Shown here: in pieces, positions 48,933-58,616 of the stretch
Numbering within the stretch: position 1 is the stretch's first letter
Layout: the number at the start of each line of letters is the position of its first letter
Source: Candidatus Woesearchaeota archaeon
Lineage (GTDB): Archaea; Nanobdellota; Nanobdellia; Woesearchaeales; JABGUJ01
Assembly (NCBI GenBank): GCA_018646625.1
Contig: JABGUJ010000001.1
Span: 503,534-567,533 of the forward strand
DNA: 64,000 nucleotides
Direction of reading: 5' to 3'
Made by a program: the position numbers and the translations under genes
Notes under the pieces: model-generated
The model's database searches: none
What the model saw: the letters and a program-made list of their open reading frames with translations, nothing else
What the model was told of the DNA's origin: nothing

Positions 48933-50042
48933 CTATAATACTGGATCCTTAAGACCATGCCCAGTTAATACACACACAACTTCGCCCTTCAAACCCAGTT
49001 TCAAAGCACCAGCATAACTTACTGCACCAGATGGTTCAGCAAATATTCCTTCGGAGGCCAATAACTTTCTTGCACCAACAATTTCTTTATCTGTTACCGA
49101 AACTGCAAAACCTTTTGTATTGCGCAAAGCCTTCAAAGCTTTTTCACCATCAACAGGTCTGCCGCAACAAATAGCAGAAGCAACTGTCTTGGGTTTTTTA
49201 ACTTCTTTTATTTCTGAATGATTATCAAATGCAGTAACTAATGGTGAACATCCTTTACCTTGCACCGCAACCAACCTTGGTAATTTTTTTATTAACCCAA
49301 CTTTTTTTAGTTCTTCTAATGATTTATACACGCCAGAAAATAAAGTTGCATTACCAACAGGAGTAACAATATAATCAGGCAGCATCCAGTTTAGTTGATC
49401 AACAATCTCGAACCCCACGCTTTTTTCTCCTTCACCTCTGTGAGGATAATCGCCAGACAAATAACATCCATACTTTTCTCTCATCTCTAATGTCTTGGTA
49501 ACAGCATCTTCGTAAGTTCCATTAATTACTTTAACTTTAGCACCGTGTGCTCTTATCTGTGCTAACTTATTAGCTGGAGCGAACTTTGGAATGAAAATGT
49601 GTGCATTTATTCCCGCTCTTGCACAATATGCAGAAACACTTCCCCCCATATTACCTGTTGTTGCACATGCAACATCTTTAACACCCAGTTCTCGAGCTTT
49701 AGAAATCTCAATAGTGGTCCCTCTATCCTTAAATGCACCACTTAGGCTAATTCCTTCGTGCTTAAACATATAGCCTTTTGTTTTAACAGAATCAATTAAA
49801 GGAGTTCCTCCTTCTTTGAAGCTTACAATATTACTCAAGTCTTCTGTAGGGTAAAACATCCAATACTTCCAATGATTAACCGGCTCATGAACAAAATTAC
49901 TTTTGATTATCTTCTTCTTAACAACTTTATAATCATATTCAATATCTAAACTCCCACCACATTTGGGACAGGAAAAGATAACACTATCATAAGAAAAAGT
50001 CCTCTTGCACACAACACATCTATACTGTTTTGGAACTGTCAT
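48933..50042 (-). CDS. thrC: threonine synthase (PLP-dependent, fold II)
   Basis: N-terminal CxxC..CPKCG, EGGTPL, SGAFKDRG, TTGNMG, EPSGA, LTGHGLKDP. Confidence 0.88.
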   Translation of the reverse strand: MTVPKQYRCVVCKRTFSYDSVIFSCPKCGGSLDIEYDYKVVKKKIIKSNFVHEPVNHWKYWMFYPTEDLSNIVSFKEGGTPLIDSVKTKGYMFKHEGISLSGAFKDRGTTIEISKARELGVKDVACATTGNMGGSVSAYCARAGINAHIFIPKFAPANKLAQIRAHGAKVKVINGTYEDAVTKTLEMREKYGCYLSGDYPHRGEGEKSVGFEIVDQLNWMLPDYIVTPVGNATLFSGVYKSLEELKKVGLIKKLPRLVAVQGKGCSPLVTAFDNHSEIKEVKKPKTVASAICCGRPVDGEKALKALRNTKGFAVSVTDKEIVGARKLLASEGIFAEPSGAVSYAGALKLGLKGEVVCVLTGHGLKDPVL

Positions 50043-50063
50043 ATTAGAAAAGAAAAAAAGAAA

Positions 50064-50465
50064 TTATTCAATCTGTTTATCCAGACTGAATTCTGCAGGT
50101 CCTTCCAAGGCCATAAACAACATAGCGCCAAACAAACCAACATCTTTCCAGAACGCATGTAGTTCAAAGTATCCTGGTATGATATTCATGCTAGTCAAAT
50201 ATGCAGCAAATATTATGCCTAAGAATAAGCAAGCAGCTCCTGCCCATGCAGATATTCTTGTAAACAATCCAAGTATTAGGAATATACCAATTATAACCTG
50301 TAATAGTCCAATTACCCAAACCATGATGTCTGGAGGAATAAATGAGATTATTTTTTCAACAGGTGGTACAGAGTTTTTGAACAATTTTGAAACTCCTGCA
50401 TAAACAAATACCAAACCTAAAAATAACCTTAGAATGAATCGAGCAGTGTTATCATAATCTCTCAT
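50064..50465 (-). CDS. DoxX family membrane protein
   Basis: LRLFLGLVFVYAG..K; LGLFTR; FSLD. Confidence 0.88.
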   Translation of the reverse strand: MRDYDNTARFILRLFLGLVFVYAGVSKLFKNSVPPVEKIISFIPPDIMVWVIGLLQVIIGIFLILGLFTRISAWAGAACLFLGIIFAAYLTSMNIIPGYFELHAFWKDVGLFGAMLFMALEGPAEFSLDKQIE

Positions 50466-50516
50466 TAACCTTCACCTCTTTTTAACAATATTAGCTTGAT
50501 CCTTATATAAACCTTT

Positions 50517-50936
50517 TTACTTAAACAAGTTATCCAGACTTAAGGGAATATCCTTCGCAGACGCTAAAACGAACGCCGCGGCCAATACAATAAAGTCTTT
50601 CACTAAGAAAGCACCTAGTGTACTCAAGTAAGGAAAACCAGTTTTGAAAGATTCAACCAAAAACAAAGACACCAAACCAATAACTGAAATAACTATGGCA
50701 ACTATTGCGGCAACCTTTGTAAAAAAGCCAATAAAAAACATAACTGACAATAACAATGCAGCAACACCAACAATTAGAGACATTACACCTACGGCATTTA
50801 TTCCAAATCCATTAACAAAAACACCTAAAGAGCTAGGATCTAATAAACTTATTAGCCCAAACCATAATGAAATGATTCCAAAACTAATTCTTAAGAAAAA
50901 CATGCCGTACTTCTCACACCATTTACTGAATGCCAT
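50517..50936 (-). CDS. DoxX family membrane protein
   Basis: LRISFGIISLWFG; IGFFTK; KDFIVL; LSLD. Confidence 0.8.
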   Translation of the reverse strand: MAFSKWCEKYGMFFLRISFGIISLWFGLISLLDPSSLGVFVNGFGINAVGVMSLIVGVAALLLSVMFFIGFFTKVAAIVAIVISVIGLVSLFLVESFKTGFPYLSTLGAFLVKDFIVLAAAFVLASAKDIPLSLDNLFK

Positions 50937-50978
50937 CTTAACCAAAATGTCCCAAAAATACTATATAAACCTATTGAT

Positions 50979-51746
50979 TTAGATTATCGAGACATCTGCC
51001 TTAATTACACTCTCAATTCCTAGTTTTATGTAATTATCTCTTCTAAAATCTAGTCCCGAATCGATATCCAAAGGTACGCTTATTGCCAGAGTATCTCCGC
51101 CAGCAACATTTTGCATAATTCTTACATTGATCTTTTGCTTCTCGAGATGCAAATCTTTTTCTTTTCCATCAACCGAAACAATATTCTCATATCTATCAAA
51201 CTCTATGATTGCATCAGTATATGTTGCACCTGGAGGAACTTCCGCTTGAGAAATTATCAAAGGTGTGCCATCGATGAGCTTAACAATCTTGCCACCAGAT
51301 CCTCTATCTATCAATGATCTTTCTTTCCCTAATGAATTTCTAACAGTGATTTCTTTAATATTTAGTATAACATAGTCAACCAGACTTAGCATAGGACTAA
51401 TCTCAAGCTGAGCAAAGGCTTTTATCGAAGATGGTGCTTGTTTATCTGGACTAACAATGTTAAACGGAACTTTCTCTTCAGTATAAATCTCAATATCAAC
51501 TTCGTCCTCGCTTTCAATTACTTCAGCTTCCGCAACCTTTGTGGTTCCATTATAAACATCTTCTGGCTTTTCAATTATTACAACAGGTTCTTCTTCTTCC
51601 TGCACAATTTCATCTACGGGTTGTTCTACAACAACTTCCATAACTTCATTACTCTCAACAGGTTCATTAACGGAATATTCTTCCACTCCGCCACACCCTA
51701 CCATAAAAATAATTAAAACAATAATTGCAATCAATAATTTTTTCAT
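50979..51746 (-). CDS. lipoprotein with acidic linker and beta-rich (DUF4382-like) domain
   Basis: MVGC lipobox; Glu/Val-rich linker; VPPGATYTD. Confidence 0.65.
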   Translation of the reverse strand: MKKLLIAIIVLIIFMVGCGGVEEYSVNEPVESNEVMEVVVEQPVDEIVQEEEEPVVIIEKPEDVYNGTTKVAEAEVIESEDEVDIEIYTEEKVPFNIVSPDKQAPSSIKAFAQLEISPMLSLVDYVILNIKEITVRNSLGKERSLIDRGSGGKIVKLIDGTPLIISQAEVPPGATYTDAIIEFDRYENIVSVDGKEKDLHLEKQKINVRIMQNVAGGDTLAISVPLDIDSGLDFRRDNYIKLGIESVIKADVSII

Positions 51747-51761
51747 ACTCTTCGACCTCCA

Positions 51762-54086
51762 TTAAAATTGAAATAAACTTTTTTGTTGACTTCCTCTTAC
51801 AACATCATCAAAACTCTGATGAAGCAACGATAACAACGTGTCAGCTATCGGTTTTATTTGTTTTTCAACATAATGATCATAATCTAAAGGACTTGTGTGT
51901 TTCTGGATAGGCTCCGGCCCATTAACAGTAATATAATAACTGATTTTTCTACTCTCCAATTTATCTAACATCCTGGCTGCCTTAACATGTGGAGGTGTAG
52001 TTTTAACATATTCATCCAAATCTTTTGTCAACGACTTACTATATACTAATAAATCGTCATACTGTCCTGATCTCAAATCTTTAACATATTCTGAAATAAA
52101 CCCCATTATTTCCTTATCCTTAAAGAACAAGTTAAACAATTGGAACTGGAATTTCTTTGCGGCTTCTGTCCAATCACTTCTAACAAACTCCATACCCACA
52201 ATCTCTAGTTTCTCTTTTCCTTTATTATCAACACGCAACCCGGCATATCTTTTCTTTGCGCCATGAGCTGTTCCTCTAACAGTAGGCATGATGAATTTCT
52301 TGTAAACCTTTTCAAACTCTAATTCCATCATATTTTCTCTACAGTATTCATTGGTTACAAATTTAGAATAAAAGTCATTGATATAATTCTGAAGTTCAAG
52401 ACCTACCGCAAATGCTGAATCACTATCTTTAGTTTTAGAATCTACAAAGATAGAATCAGTATCTCCATATATGACGTCATATCCTTTCTCTTTTATTTTC
52501 TCTGAAGTTAGTTTATTCAAGAACTGACCAAAGTGAGTTATGGCATTAGCAATCTCTAGATTATAAAATCTGCATGACGGATTAGCCAACACGCCGAAGA
52601 ACGAGTTCATCAATATCTTTATAGCAAATCTTGCCAACTCATTACCTTTCTTCCTTGCTTCATCTCTTTGCTTCCACAATACATCAATGATATCTGGCAT
52701 TAATCCATCTGCATTCTTAAAAAAAGCACCATTTGGTGATTGAACAAATTTCTTTTTATCATAATCTCCTACAGGTTTATCTACGACATAAGACGCAGGA
52801 TCAATGTTAAACGACCTAATTATACTGGGATATAGACTCTTAAAATCCAGAACCAATAGATAGTCATACACTCCAGGCTTGGAATCCATAACAAAGCCAC
52901 CAGTTATTCGTTCTTCTCTTTCATTATATTTTGCAGAAGGACAAACAATTCCCTTGGACCGCGCCTCAATCAAATAGACATAGTCTAAACTTGCTACTGA
53001 TGCCCCGACCCTATCAAGTGGCATCCCCGTCAACAAACTTCGTTGTATTGTGAGTTGCAATGCATCGCTCTTGTATATTACATCATACGCCAACACCGAA
53101 TCTTTAAGATTATAGTCTGCGAGAGATTTCTTATCTTCCTTATACAATGTTTGAATTTCTTCATGTCTTGCATCCCCTACCAATAACTTTTCATCGCCTA
53201 AGAAAAACTTTGCAGCAGTATTAAGTTTATAATTATCTAATTTAATAAATGAATTCTTCAGTAAAGCAATTCCATCTAATACTTGTCTTCCACAAATATC
53301 TGCTTTCGATTCTCTAAAAAATGAAGTTTGAACAATTAATTTCGAATCTCTATCGTTTCTTCCAAACTTAAATGGTATTTTATGATGGTGCATCTTGTTT
53401 CTGATAACATCAAAATCGAATCCAATAACATTCCATCCTGTTATTATATCTGGATCCTTTTCCACTACTCGAGAAACAAACGCTTCCAACATTTTTTTCT
53501 CATTATCAAAACAGCTAACACCTTCACCACTTTCTTTGCTAACCATCAAAACTTCTTCATATCCTTCTATATACAAAGAGATACAAAAAATGTTGTGTGC
53601 TTTAGAGTCAGTCTCAATATCATACGATAATACTTTAAGATTCTCAGGAGTATAGTCACATCCATTGATCTTGGGGTCTACATATATTCTATCTACTTTT
53701 TCACCTGAAGAATACTCTCCCTCGATATTTACACTGCCTTTAACCCCATTATCCATCATAAATCTATAGGCAAATCTAATGTCTGCTTCAAAGGTCTTAA
53801 TTCCTTGATCTTCAAAATGCTCTCTAACTGTAGGAACATCTTTGGGGATATCGGTAACGAGCTTAACAACCGGTTCACCATCATAATCCACTAAAGAAAC
53901 ATCTTCGTGATCTAATCGATGAATTTTCGAAGCCCGATCAAGATCTTTCTTTAGAATAAAGAAATACGGCCGAAAAGAACTAATCGTAAGAAAACTTTCT
54001 CCATTCTCAAGTCTACCAAACAAATGAACCTTTGCTTTACCATTCTCAATTTGGTATGTCGGGTAAACAACAAATCCTTTAACCAT
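51762..54086 (-). CDS. polB: family B DNA polymerase with C-terminal PIP box
   Basis: YDIET exo I, GWNVIGFD, YNLKD, DFKSLYPSII, KILMNSFFG, YGDTDS, KKRYAG; ends QKSLFQF. Confidence 0.96.
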   Translation of the reverse strand: MVKGFVVYPTYQIENGKAKVHLFGRLENGESFLTISSFRPYFFILKKDLDRASKIHRLDHEDVSLVDYDGEPVVKLVTDIPKDVPTVREHFEDQGIKTFEADIRFAYRFMMDNGVKGSVNIEGEYSSGEKVDRIYVDPKINGCDYTPENLKVLSYDIETDSKAHNIFCISLYIEGYEEVLMVSKESGEGVSCFDNEKKMLEAFVSRVVEKDPDIITGWNVIGFDFDVIRNKMHHHKIPFKFGRNDRDSKLIVQTSFFRESKADICGRQVLDGIALLKNSFIKLDNYKLNTAAKFFLGDEKLLVGDARHEEIQTLYKEDKKSLADYNLKDSVLAYDVIYKSDALQLTIQRSLLTGMPLDRVGASVASLDYVYLIEARSKGIVCPSAKYNEREERITGGFVMDSKPGVYDYLLVLDFKSLYPSIIRSFNIDPASYVVDKPVGDYDKKKFVQSPNGAFFKNADGLMPDIIDVLWKQRDEARKKGNELARFAIKILMNSFFGVLANPSCRFYNLEIANAITHFGQFLNKLTSEKIKEKGYDVIYGDTDSIFVDSKTKDSDSAFAVGLELQNYINDFYSKFVTNEYCRENMMELEFEKVYKKFIMPTVRGTAHGAKKRYAGLRVDNKGKEKLEIVGMEFVRSDWTEAAKKFQFQLFNLFFKDKEIMGFISEYVKDLRSGQYDDLLVYSKSLTKDLDEYVKTTPPHVKAARMLDKLESRKISYYITVNGPEPIQKHTSPLDYDHYVEKQIKPIADTLLSLLHQSFDDVVRGSQQKSLFQF

Positions 54087-54126
54087 ATCTAAGAAATCCT
54101 CTTCAACATATTTAAAGCTTGCCTGA

Positions 54127-55461
54127 CTATTGAGCCACTGGTTGAGCTTGAGGTTGAATCGCGCCGCTTTCCAAATTCTCTTGTAACTGCTTTAATTCTT
54201 TAAACTTCTTAAAGAGCTTATCTGGTTTTTTCATACCGCCCACTTTATCAGTCAGATATTCTTTATCTTCCTCGGTAATCCATCCTCGTTCTAGAAGGTC
54301 ATCTACTTTTTTCTTATAGGCCGTTATGAACTTATCTCTACAGCCTGCAATAAATGTCAGATAATATGAAGTGAGTTCTTGATCAATACTTGGTTTAACA
54401 TCGGGTATCTTTCCATATGCAGCTGCTGCATCTACACACATTTTCGCGGCCTCATCTGCAAATTTTGTTCCAACTTTAATTGTGGTATGGACTATGGGAA
54501 TCAATATTGCATCAAAAAGTATGAATGCGAACACGGAGGCAATCGCACCGCCCGCCACTCTGAAGAATATGCCTGTCATTATCATCAAAGGCCCTGCAAT
54601 GATCATCAATAAAGTCCAGAAAATATTATAATTAAATTCTTCGGCAGCAATCCAATATATTATAATTATTATAACTGCAATAGCTGCCAATATTAGAAAA
54701 ACAACAGGAATACAAAGCAACCTACCAACTGTGCTGCATGCAGTCCCAACAAGTCTCATACCCATTGCAACACCGCGTTTAAACATAATCTCTAATTCAT
54801 GTATCATTCGTAATGATTTATTTGTGATCTCTTTACCAATCTCGTTAATCTTTCCCTTAACTTCGTCTTCTATTTTCTTAAGTTGCTTTTTAGCTTCTTG
54901 TCTCTCAGACCGACCCATCTTAGCTTTAATTCTTTCCCAAATACCTACAGGCAACTCAATCGCTTCTAATTTTTCATGATCTTCAACAGCTTTCTTGAAC
55001 TTGTCCATGTTTTTCATTTCAATCTTAAACGCATTCCCTATTGCATAATACTTCAAAGCCCTCTCAGATTTGATGGCTGTTACATCTTCTGGTTCCATAA
55101 ATTTATCTGCAATATTCTCCGGAATTATCTTCTTAGAAAAAACACTTATTGGAAACAACGCGACTGGTGGAAACGCAGCTATAAACCCGAACTTAATGAA
55201 ACCCAGTGTTGCCGGTAATGCGTTTCTTGAATTTTTTTTCATAGCATAAACAAAGAAACAAGCACCTCCCGCAAAGCTAACTAATGGCACACCCAAGTAC
55301 AAAGTAATCGCAGCCACAATTACTCCGAGAAGTATCTCGACTATAATAGTTCCGCGACCCATTGCTTTAATGTGGGATTTTCCTTTTTCGATTGCTAACA
55401 GAATGTGCTTTATCTTAACTTCTTTAAGATATTCTTTGTAGTCCTTTAGGCTGTCTGCCAT
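54127..55461 (-). CDS. hypothetical multi-pass membrane protein
   Basis: 444 aa; two TM clusters separated by a Lys/Glu-rich helical domain. Confidence 0.75.
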   Translation of the reverse strand: MADSLKDYKEYLKEVKIKHILLAIEKGKSHIKAMGRGTIIVEILLGVIVAAITLYLGVPLVSFAGGACFFVYAMKKNSRNALPATLGFIKFGFIAAFPPVALFPISVFSKKIIPENIADKFMEPEDVTAIKSERALKYYAIGNAFKIEMKNMDKFKKAVEDHEKLEAIELPVGIWERIKAKMGRSERQEAKKQLKKIEDEVKGKINEIGKEITNKSLRMIHELEIMFKRGVAMGMRLVGTACSTVGRLLCIPVVFLILAAIAVIIIIIYWIAAEEFNYNIFWTLLMIIAGPLMIMTGIFFRVAGGAIASVFAFILFDAILIPIVHTTIKVGTKFADEAAKMCVDAAAAYGKIPDVKPSIDQELTSYYLTFIAGCRDKFITAYKKKVDDLLERGWITEEDKEYLTDKVGGMKKPDKLFKKFKELKQLQENLESGAIQPQAQPVAQ

Positions 55462-55498
55462 CTTTTAATAAAATAAAGTAAATAAAAATAAGAAAAAA

Positions 55499-55831
55499 TT
55501 ATTTCTTCTTTTTGCCTCTTTTCAATGCAATACTTAAACCTGCACCGATAGCCGCACCAACTGCTGCGCCAATTAAAGCTGCTTGTTCAGGATGCTTTGC
55601 AACATATTTTTTTGCTTTCTTTTCTGCTGCCATAAATTTCTTCTTTGCATCTTTCAAAGCCTTATTTGCTTTTTTCTTCATTGCTGCAAGCTCTTTACTA
55701 GTTTTGGCAGACCTTTTTACTGCTTTTCTCTTGACTGGCTTCCTCTTAGCAACTTTCTTTTTAGCGGGAGCTTTCCTTTTAGGTGCTGCTTTTCGTTTTG
55801 GAGCACACCTTTTTGCAGTTTTTTTCTTCAT
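55499..55831 (-). CDS. Lys/Ala-rich (histone H1-like) protein with DUF883/ElaB-like C-terminal membrane anchor
   Basis: APKRKAAPKRKAPAKKK repeats; YVAKHPEQAALIGAAVGAAIGAGL..KR; GAGGTGA SD. Confidence 0.75.
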   Translation of the reverse strand: MKKKTAKRCAPKRKAAPKRKAPAKKKVAKRKPVKRKAVKRSAKTSKELAAMKKKANKALKDAKKKFMAAEKKAKKYVAKHPEQAALIGAAVGAAIGAGLSIALKRGKKKK

Positions 55832-55941
55832 AATATCACCTCTGGAATTATGCTCTTTAACCTGATTTGGCACTATTTAAACCTTTTCAAACAGAATGGG
55901 CAATTACTAAGACTTATATACTTTGGTAAGAACAGGTGACG

Positions 55942-56454
55942 ATGAGATTCGCTTGTAACAAAACAGATCCGAAATGTAAACAGTGTGCTGAATGTTGCAA
56001 ATTTAGAGACAAACCGGTTCTAACAGATGATGAAGATTTTAATCTTAGAGAGGCAATGTTCAATAAATCTAAAGTAATCTACTTATTTCCTATGTCTCGT
56101 TACACGATATCCTTAACAGAAACCGAGAAACTCATATTAGAAAAAGAAGCAGACAAACAAGAAATTAAATTAAAGATTCTTCCCAAGAAATCATTCTACG
56201 ATGAAGAAAAAGACAAAGTATATGTTTTAGACTATTTTCTAGATTATGAAATTTGTCCATTTCTAAAAGAGAATAAATGTAACATATATTCATTACGTCC
56301 AGAGGTGTGCAAACTATTTCCACTTAAATCTCCAAATATGAAAAAAGATGTTGACGATTTTCTAACCGCACACCCAGTACATAATACCCTTTCATTCAAA
56401 GAATCAATAAAAAAAGTAAAAGAAAAATTAAATCCACAATCCAAAAGCATTTAA
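55942..56454 (+). CDS. YkgJ family Cys-cluster protein
   Basis: CKQCAECC...CPFLKENKCNIYSLRPEVCKLFP. Confidence 0.9.
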   Translation: MRFACNKTDPKCKQCAECCKFRDKPVLTDDEDFNLREAMFNKSKVIYLFPMSRYTISLTETEKLILEKEADKQEIKLKILPKKSFYDEEKDKVYVLDYFLDYEICPFLKENKCNIYSLRPEVCKLFPLKSPNMKKDVDDFLTAHPVHNTLSFKESIKKVKEKLNPQSKSI

Positions 56455-56477
56455 ACTAATCTTACAACAATTACTAT

Positions 56478-57125
56478 ATGGCATCAGTAAACATGACCGC
56501 TGCACAATTAACACTTGCGAACTTCTCATTAGGTGAGTATTTTGATAGCATCAAACTGTTACTGATATTCGTAGTTGGAATAGTAATCTACGCATTTTTC
56601 ATCTTCAAATTCTATAGATTCTTGGCAAGAAGAGATATCCTTGAATTAAAACTACACAAACACCATAAAGGATTCAGTGGATTCATGGAACGGGTTGCTG
56701 CATTGGTATTGTATTTAGTAGAAAACATTCTATTGGCGCCATTACTAATATTCTTCTGGTTTGCAGTATTGTCTGTATTATTACTTTTATTAACTAAAAG
56801 TCCAAATCCTGAATCTATTCTATTAATCTCGGCGGCATTAGTAGCAGCAGTAAGAATCACATCATACTATAGTGAGAATTTATCACAAGATCTTGCAAAG
56901 ATGATACCTTTTGCTTTGCTTGGTGTATTCATCTCAGAAGTTTCATTTACAACTTTAGCATTTCCTTTAGAAACCTTTAAACAAATACCATCACTTTGGC
57001 AATCATTGCTATACTATTTGATCTTTGTAATTATGATTGAAGTTGTGATGAGAATCTTAAGAACATTGCTTGGACTAATAATTATATCAAATGTACCAAA
57101 AAAAGAAGATGACGAAAAAAACTAA
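56478..57125 (+). CDS. multi-pass membrane protein
   Basis: FYRFLARRD and RITSYYSENLSQDLAKMIPF between TMs. Confidence 0.8.
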   Translation: MASVNMTAAQLTLANFSLGEYFDSIKLLLIFVVGIVIYAFFIFKFYRFLARRDILELKLHKHHKGFSGFMERVAALVLYLVENILLAPLLIFFWFAVLSVLLLLLTKSPNPESILLISAALVAAVRITSYYSENLSQDLAKMIPFALLGVFISEVSFTTLAFPLETFKQIPSLWQSLLYYLIFVIMIEVVMRILRTLLGLIIISNVPKKEDDEKN

Positions 57126-57732
57126 AGACGAAGATTGTGCAGACTGCTGGTCACCTTCCGAAAGAAAGATAAAAGCTTTTTTCGAATTTACGAAGAAAGT
57201 ATTATTTTATCCCGTGGTTGTTCTGCTAGTTAAATTAGGCGTCACTGCAAATATGGTTAGTTATTTCTCGGCTTTTGTTGGTTTAGTTGCCACAGTTTAT
57301 TTATGGTACGACTTAAGAATTGCAGCCATACTATTATTGGTTTCTCTTGCAATAGATGGCATTGATGGTTCTGTAGCCAGGGCATCAAAAAAGAAAAGTC
57401 TTAGAGGGTCGATAACTGATTGTTTCTGTGACCAATTTGCGATCTCTGCTACAACTATAGGATTCATAGCTTTAGGACTTGTCGATCCAGTTATAGGTGC
57501 ACTATATCTTGTGGTTTATCCTACCGTTATTGCTTTTTCAATCATCAGGAATATAATTAAAAAACCCGCTTCTTATGTACTAAGACCGAGAATAATAGTA
57601 TTTGCGGTGTTTTGGTTATACGTAATTACTTCCTTAAACATATTCAATTATGTGATATTGCCGTTGTCGCTTATTCTACTTTACCAAGTAATAAGAGATT
57701 TTTATGTTTTAAGGGCACATCTAAAAAACTAA
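57109..57732 (+). CDS. CDP-alcohol phosphatidyltransferase
   Basis: TANMVS; DGIDGSVAR...G...D...D motif. Confidence 0.9.
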   Translation: MTKKTKDEDCADCWSPSERKIKAFFEFTKKVLFYPVVVLLVKLGVTANMVSYFSAFVGLVATVYLWYDLRIAAILLLVSLAIDGIDGSVARASKKKSLRGSITDCFCDQFAISATTIGFIALGLVDPVIGALYLVVYPTVIAFSIIRNIIKKPASYVLRPRIIVFAVFWLYVITSLNIFNYVILPLSLILLYQVIRDFYVLRAHLKN

Positions 57733-57749
57733 AAAAAAGAAGAATAAAA

Positions 57750-58493
57750 TTAATCGTTTTCTACTCGAGGAGCAAGTATAAAACTCAACAACACTTTATC
57801 CATAGCCTTATACTCTAGCTTTAACGGATAGTCTTTGTTAAATTGTATAGACACATTGCTACTTAGCTTACTTCCAGTAACCATTTTCTTAAGATATTCA
57901 ATTGAATACTTGGCCTTAAGTTCCTCAGAAGAGTCGCTGTTAACTTTTGTATCTTCATTATCTTCAATCTCAACTTTGGCTTTAGACAAGTCACCTTCTG
58001 CAGCAATCGTAAGTTTACCTTTCATTGCTTTGAATGCAACACTCTCTCCGACAACATCTACATCATCAACTGCTTCACTAAGCGTGCTTGAAGTAGTAGA
58101 AACTGTAACTGGAAATTGTAGATCTGGGATTCTTTGATCTTTATCTTCTAGTTCAATAATTGGAATGTAGAATGTTCTAGTGGATGTTGACTTAAGTTGT
58201 ATCTTTAACTTAGATTCTTCAACTTCCAATGAAATAGTATCATTCGGTTTAGCTCTCTTAAGAATCATTTTAAGATTACTCAAATTAATACCAATTTCAG
58301 TATCGCCTTCTACAGAATATTCGCTAAACGCACTCGATAACAATTTGAATATGACCATTGCAACGTTTGCAGGGTCCATTGCTACAAGCTCAACTGCGTT
58401 AGATGTAACTTTGAATCTTGCTTCATTTACAAGTTCTGAAATAACTGAAATGCTCTCTTTTAAGTACTTAGGCTCTGCTAATGTGAGTTTCAT
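57750..58493 (-). CDS. pcn: DNA sliding clamp PCNA
   Basis: AMDPANVAMV, YSIEYL, FILAPRVE. Confidence 0.97.
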   Translation of the reverse strand: MKLTLAEPKYLKESISVISELVNEARFKVTSNAVELVAMDPANVAMVIFKLLSSAFSEYSVEGDTEIGINLSNLKMILKRAKPNDTISLEVEESKLKIQLKSTSTRTFYIPIIELEDKDQRIPDLQFPVTVSTTSSTLSEAVDDVDVVGESVAFKAMKGKLTIAAEGDLSKAKVEIEDNEDTKVNSDSSEELKAKYSIEYLKKMVTGSKLSSNVSIQFNKDYPLKLEYKAMDKVLLSFILAPRVEND

Positions 58494-58616
58494 AACTATC
58501 CCCCTTTTCAGATCGATACAAATAGCATTACTCAGCTAGTTTATAAGCTTTATGGTGATACGCACCTAGTACCTAAATTAACGGCCTACACGCGATCTAA
58601 AGAAACTGCTTAAAAA

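Noticed and set aside
51762..54086. Intein, or casposon/viral PolB
   Set aside because: Normal length, contiguous motifs and a PIP box; no Cas1, capsid gene or terminal repeats nearby
55512..55939. Plus-strand ORFs antisense to the Lys/Ala-rich gene, and the many other short antisense ORFs in the track
   Set aside because: Shadow ORFs of well-supported genes on the opposite strand
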